This document shows, in pieces, positions 36,930 to 40,632 of a stretch of DNA of 40,632 bases. The notes below the pieces were generated by a model. The model saw only the letters and a list, made by a program, of their open reading frames with translations. It ran no database searches and had not been told where the DNA came from. The number at the start of each line of letters is the position of its first letter. Position 1 is the stretch's first letter. The stretch is from Rhodospirillales bacterium (lineage in GTDB: Bacteria > Pseudomonadota > Alphaproteobacteria > Rhodospirillales > 2-12-FULL-67-15): NCBI GenBank assembly GCA_009693905.1, contig SHWG01000003.1, positions 1 through 40,632 of the forward strand, written 5' to 3'. Both the position numbers and the translations under genes were made by a program.

Positions 36930-37748
36930 ATGATCAGGTTTTTCTTCGTTCTCGGCGCGTCTCTTTTCGCCCTCGCCCCGGCGCACGCCCAGGCGCCGGC
37001 CGCGGACGCCGCCGCCGGCAAGGCCAAAGCCGAGGAGGTCTGTGCCGCCTGTCACGGCGCCAATGGCGTCAGCGTCAGCGCGACCATCCCCAATCTCGCC
37101 GGCTAGAAGCAGGCCTACCTCGCCTCCCAGCTCCAGGCTTTCAAGTCGGGCGCGCGCAAGAACGCGATCATGAACGCGATCGCGGCGGAGATTTTGCCCA
37201 CCGACATCGCCAACACGGCGGCGTTTTACGCCGGCCTCCAGGGCGCGGCGAAAGGCACCGACACCTCGTCCATGTTCCCGACGCTGGTCATGGACAAGGT
37301 CAAGCTCCCCGCCGACTTCAAGAAGACGTTCACCCTCTACCAGACCGTCAATTATCCCGAGCGCCCGCAAGTTCGCCATCTCTACGCCAACGACATCGCC
37401 GTCAAGGCGGCAAAGGACGGAAAGGCGGCGCCCAACGGCGCGGTGTTCGCGCTTGAGGTCCATACCCCCAAGCTCGACGCCGACAAGAAGCCGATCAAGG
37501 GCGCGGACGGAAACCTGGTGCCCGACAAGCTCGCCTTCACCACCGTCATGGAGAAGCGGGCGGGCTGGGGCAAGGACATCCCGGAGATCCTGCGCAACGC
37601 CGATTGGAACTACGGCATCTTCAACGCCGACAACACCCCGCGCACCACCTCCAACCAAGCCGAATGCCTCGCCTGCCACAAGCCTTTGGTGAAGGACGAC
37701 TATCTGTTCTCGATCAAGCCGCTCCGCGACTTCGCGATGAAAAAGTAA
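36930..37748 (+). pseudogene. Cytochrome c (c4/c553-like) fused to a cytochrome P460-family domain; in-frame TAG at codon 59 (37104-37106)
   Basis: MIRFFFVLGASLFALAPAHAQ signal peptide, CAACHG, IPNLAG-TAG-KQAYLASQLQAFKSGARKNAIM, then in the same frame LPADFK...RHLYAN...PNGAVF...VMEK..GWG...W.YG.F...CLACHK...DYLFS. Confidence 0.88.
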
Positions 37749-37908
37749 GTTGAAATCCGGCCCGGCGTCGGCACCCTAAGGCCGCCGCCGGGCCCCGGTC
37801 CGGGGAAAAATTTTTTTATTAGCGCGCGGGGATTCGTCCACGCACGCCTGGATTCGCGGGGGCACTTCCCCGATAATCGGGTTCTCAATCCCTTCAAGAG
37901 AACCCGCC

Positions 37909-39126
37909 ATGCTCACCCCCTCCGCCCGCTCGCTCCTTCGCGTCCGCAAGGCTCCATTTAGCGCTCGGCGCGCGCAAACCCGCGGTCGCGTCGTCGCCAA
38001 GCGCGCGAAGTCCAAAGCTCGCGACCCCATTTTGCTGACCCCGGGGCCGCTGACCACCACCGCCGCGACCAAGGCAGCGATGCTCCACGACTGGGGCTCG
38101 CGGGACGCCAACTTCATCGCCATCAACGCCCGGGTGCGGGCGCGGCTCGCGGCCATCGTCAACGGAAGCGCGACCCACGTCACCGTGCCGGTGCAAGGAA
38201 GCGGCACCTTCGCGGTCGAGGCCGCCATCGGCACGCTCGTGCCGAAAAAAAACAAGGCCTTGGTGTTGGTGAACGGCGCCTACGGCAAGCGCATGTGTCG
38301 GATTCTCGACACCATGGGCCGGGCCTATTCGGCCTACGAGACCCCCGAGGATACGCCGCCCGATCCGGCCGAAGTGGACCGCCGCCTGGCCGCCGACCCT
38401 GAGCTTTCCCACGTGCTCGCGGTTCATTGCGAGACGACTTCGGGCATTCTCAACCCGGTGGGCGAGATCGCCCGGGTCGTGAAGGCGCGCGGCCGGGCGC
38501 TGCTGCTCGATTCCATGAGCGCTTTTGGCGCGATCCCGCTCGATCTGACCCAGACGCCGTGCGAGGCGGTGATGGCGTCTTCCAACAAGAACCTGGAGGG
38601 CGTGCCGGGCATGGGCTTCGTCGTCGTCCGCCATGAGGCGCTTGCCGCCGCCAAGGGCAACGCTCATTCGCTCAGCCTCGATCTCCACGACCAGTGGCAG
38701 GCGATGGAGGCGACCAAGCAATGGCGCTTCACGCCGCCGATCCACGTCATCGTCGCGCTCGACAAGGCGCTCGAGCAGTTCGACAAAGCCGGCGGGGTCA
38801 AGGGCCGGAGCGCGCGCTACGGCGGCAACTGCCGGAGTCTCGTCCAGGGCATGCGCAAAATGGGCTTCGTCACCCTGCTGCCCGACCGGCTCCAGGCGCC
38901 GATCATCGTCACCTTCCACATGCCCAAAGACCCGAAATTCAAGTTCGAGCGGTTCTACAATTCGCTCAAAGACCAGGGCTACATCATCTATCCGGGCAAG
39001 CTCACGGTCGCGGATTCATTCCGCATCGGCTGCATCGGCGCGATCGGCAAGCGCGAGATAAACGGCGCGCTCAAGGCCGTTCGCCGCGCGATGAAGGAAT
39101 TGGGCGTCAAGTCCGGCGCGCCCTAG
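37909..39126 (+). CDS. phnW: 2-aminoethylphosphonate-pyruvate transaminase
   Basis: ILLTPGPLTT, DWGSRD, QGSGTFAVEA, HCETTSGILNP, DSMSAFG, SSNKNLEGVPG, WRFTPP, IYPGKLT..SFRIGCIG. Confidence 0.96.
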   Translation: MLTPSARSLLRVRKAPFSARRAQTRGRVVAKRAKSKARDPILLTPGPLTTTAATKAAMLHDWGSRDANFIAINARVRARLAAIVNGSATHVTVPVQGSGTFAVEAAIGTLVPKKNKALVLVNGAYGKRMCRILDTMGRAYSAYETPEDTPPDPAEVDRRLAADPELSHVLAVHCETTSGILNPVGEIARVVKARGRALLLDSMSAFGAIPLDLTQTPCEAVMASSNKNLEGVPGMGFVVVRHEALAAAKGNAHSLSLDLHDQWQAMEATKQWRFTPPIHVIVALDKALEQFDKAGGVKGRSARYGGNCRSLVQGMRKMGFVTLLPDRLQAPIIVTFHMPKDPKFKFERFYNSLKDQGYIIYPGKLTVADSFRIGCIGAIGKREINGALKAVRRAMKELGVKSGAP

Positions 39127-39159
39127 AAAACAACGCCGTTTAACCCAGGAGGAATGACC

Positions 39160-40029
39160 ATGTATCGTCGCACGTTGATCGCCGCCGCCCTGCTCGGCCT
39201 GATCGCCGCCCTGCCCGCGGCCGCCCAGACCAACGAAATCCGTTTCGGCCTGATCCCGTCCGAGGACGCGGAAAAGCTGATCGCCGATTCGCAGCCGTTC
39301 ATCAAGGCGCTCGAAGTCGCGATCGGCATGAAGATCAAGCCGTTCGTCGCCATCGACTACAGCGCCGTGGTCGAGGCACTCAAATCCGACAAGCTCGAAA
39401 TCGCGTTCCTCGGCCCGGCCGCCTATATTCTCGCCCGCGACAAGGTCAAGGCGCCGGTCGAGCCAGTCGCGCGCGGGGTGATGGAGCAAACCGGCAAGTC
39501 CTCCTACCGCGCGCTGATCATCGCTCACCCGGCGCAACCGATTCAAAATCTCGGCGATCTCAAGGGCAAGACCTTCGCCCTGGTCGATCCGGCCTCGACC
39601 TCGGGTAACTTCGCGCCCCGCCTCGCGCTCCATAAGAACGGCATCGATCCGGACAAGGATTTCAAGTCGCTCTACTATTCCGGCACCCACCAGGCCTCGC
39701 TGATCGCGGTCAAGGAGGGCAAGGTCAACGCCGCCGCCATCGCCGACGAGGTTTACGATCTCGCCATGTCGCGCGGCCAGTTGAAAAAAGAAGATGTCCG
39801 GATCGTCTTCGCTTCCGATCCGATCCCCGGCTCGCCGTTCGTGGTCCGCACCAATCTGCCCCAGGACTTGCAGGATAAGCTGCGCAAGGGACTGATGGCG
39901 ATCGGCAACGTCCAGTTCGGCAAGCTCGGCGTCGTCAAGGCGATGGACCCGGCGACCGACAAGGACTACGACTCGGTGCGCGAGTTGATGGCCTTCCAGG
40001 ACAAACTCAAGAAAGCGGGCGGCAAGTGA
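39160..40029 (+). CDS. phnD: Phosphate/phosphite/phosphonate ABC substrate-binding protein, PhnD family
   Basis: Signal peptide, FGLIPSE, DYSAVVEAL, DPASTSGNFAP, SGTHQAS, IPGSP; AGGAGG 7 nt before ATG 39160. Confidence 0.88.
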   Translation: MYRRTLIAAALLGLIAALPAAAQTNEIRFGLIPSEDAEKLIADSQPFIKALEVAIGMKIKPFVAIDYSAVVEALKSDKLEIAFLGPAAYILARDKVKAPVEPVARGVMEQTGKSSYRALIIAHPAQPIQNLGDLKGKTFALVDPASTSGNFAPRLALHKNGIDPDKDFKSLYYSGTHQASLIAVKEGKVNAAAIADEVYDLAMSRGQLKKEDVRIVFASDPIPGSPFVVRTNLPQDLQDKLRKGLMAIGNVQFGKLGVVKAMDPATDKDYDSVRELMAFQDKLKKAGGK

Positions 40030-40054
40030 GCCCAGGCCGCGCCGGAAACGGACC

Positions 40055-40632
40055 ATGACCGGCGCGGCCGCGCCGATTCTCGAAGTTCGCAACCTGAACA
40101 AGCGGTACGGCGCCACGCCCGCGCTCCGCGACGTGACGTTCAGCGCCAGACGCGGCGAGTTCATCGTCGTGCTCGGGCGCAGCGGCGCCGGAAAATCGAC
40201 CCTGATGCGCTGCGTCAACCGCCTGGTCGAGCCGAGCGGCGGCGAAATCCGCTTCGAAGGCACGCCGGTTCCGATCGCGCGGCGGGCGCTTCGCCGGATG
40301 CGCCGCCGGATCGGCATGATCTTTCAGCAGTTCAACCTGGTGAAGCGGCTTTCGGTCCTGACCAACGTGATGACCGGGACACTCGGATATAAGGCGCTGC
40401 TGCCGTCGCTGGTCTACCATTTCGGCCGCGAGGAGAAGCTCGCCGCGCTCGAATGCCTGGAACGGGTCAACATGGCGCACAAGGCGTTCCAGCGCGCCGA
40501 CACGCTCTCGGGCGGCGAACAGCAGCGGGTCGCCATCGCCCGCGTCCTCAACCAGAAGCCGGCTTTGCTGCTCGCCGACGAGCCGGTCGCCAGCCTGGAC
40601 CCGACCATCGCCCGCACCGTGCTCCGCGATCT
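40055..40632 (+). CDS. phnC: Phosphonate ABC ATP-binding protein (runs off the window; absent from the ORF track)
   Basis: Manual translation gives LGRSGAGKSTLMRCVNRLVEP, IGMIFQQFNLVKRLSVLTNV, LSGGEQQRVAIAR, LADEPVASLDP. Confidence 0.92.
   Translation, partial: MTGAAAPILEVRNLNKRYGATPALRDVTFSARRGEFIVVLGRSGAGKSTLMRCVNRLVEPSGGEIRFEGTPVPIARRALRRMRRRIGMIFQQFNLVKRLSVLTNVMTGTLGYKALLPSLVYHFGREEKLAALECLERVNMAHKAFQRADTLSGGEQQRVAIARVLNQKPALLLADEPVASLDPTIARTVLRD

Noticed and set aside
36930-37748. Genome-wide TAG reassignment or pyrrolysine use
   Set aside because: TAG is the natural stop of lptD, fabD, rplI, dnaB, mlaF and phnW in this window; no pyl genes and no convincing hairpin after the codon.
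1-40632. Many long overlapping ORFs in the track (e.g. 2861-4588, 8023-9639, 10828-12111, 18519-20234, 22833-24644, 24976-26418, 33139-34425)
   Set aside because: Antisense or alternate-frame shadows of high-GC genes, with Arg/Pro/Gly-rich composition and no family motifs.

Overview
High-GC alphaproteobacterial chromosome, Rhodospirillales-like by gene order (inference). Bases 1-27.2 kb are conserved housekeeping synteny: lptG-lptD-surA-pdxA-rsmA, gmk-yicC-mltG-fabF-acpP-fabG-fabD, rpsF-rpsR-DUF2232-rplI-cfa (frameshifted)-dnaB-alr-mlaEF-radA-cvpA-purF-SDR. Bases 27.2-29.8 kb are an accessory hotspot. It holds an IHF site flanked by tandem repeats, an orphan promoter, several REP/MITE-like elements, a small AT-rich membrane-protein gene, a ParE-toxin remnant, a DUF4160/DUF2442-HTH toxin-antitoxin-like pair and a DUF992 gene. 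Bases 29.8-40.6 kb are a phosphonate island: a DeoR regulator, a 2-aminoethylphosphonate ABC transporter, phnW and phnD-phnC. A 3.1 kb block interrupts it, carrying a LysR remnant, TauE, DUF1993 and a cytochrome c / cytochrome P460-family fusion gene with an in-frame TAG that the ORF track splits. The best candidates for novelty are that fusion gene, the DeoR-linked two-transporter AEP locus, the IHF/repeat site and a double-palindrome in-frame insertion in mltG. All family assignments come from motif recognition by eye, and no database searches were run. No rRNA, tRNA or CRISPR array was seen.
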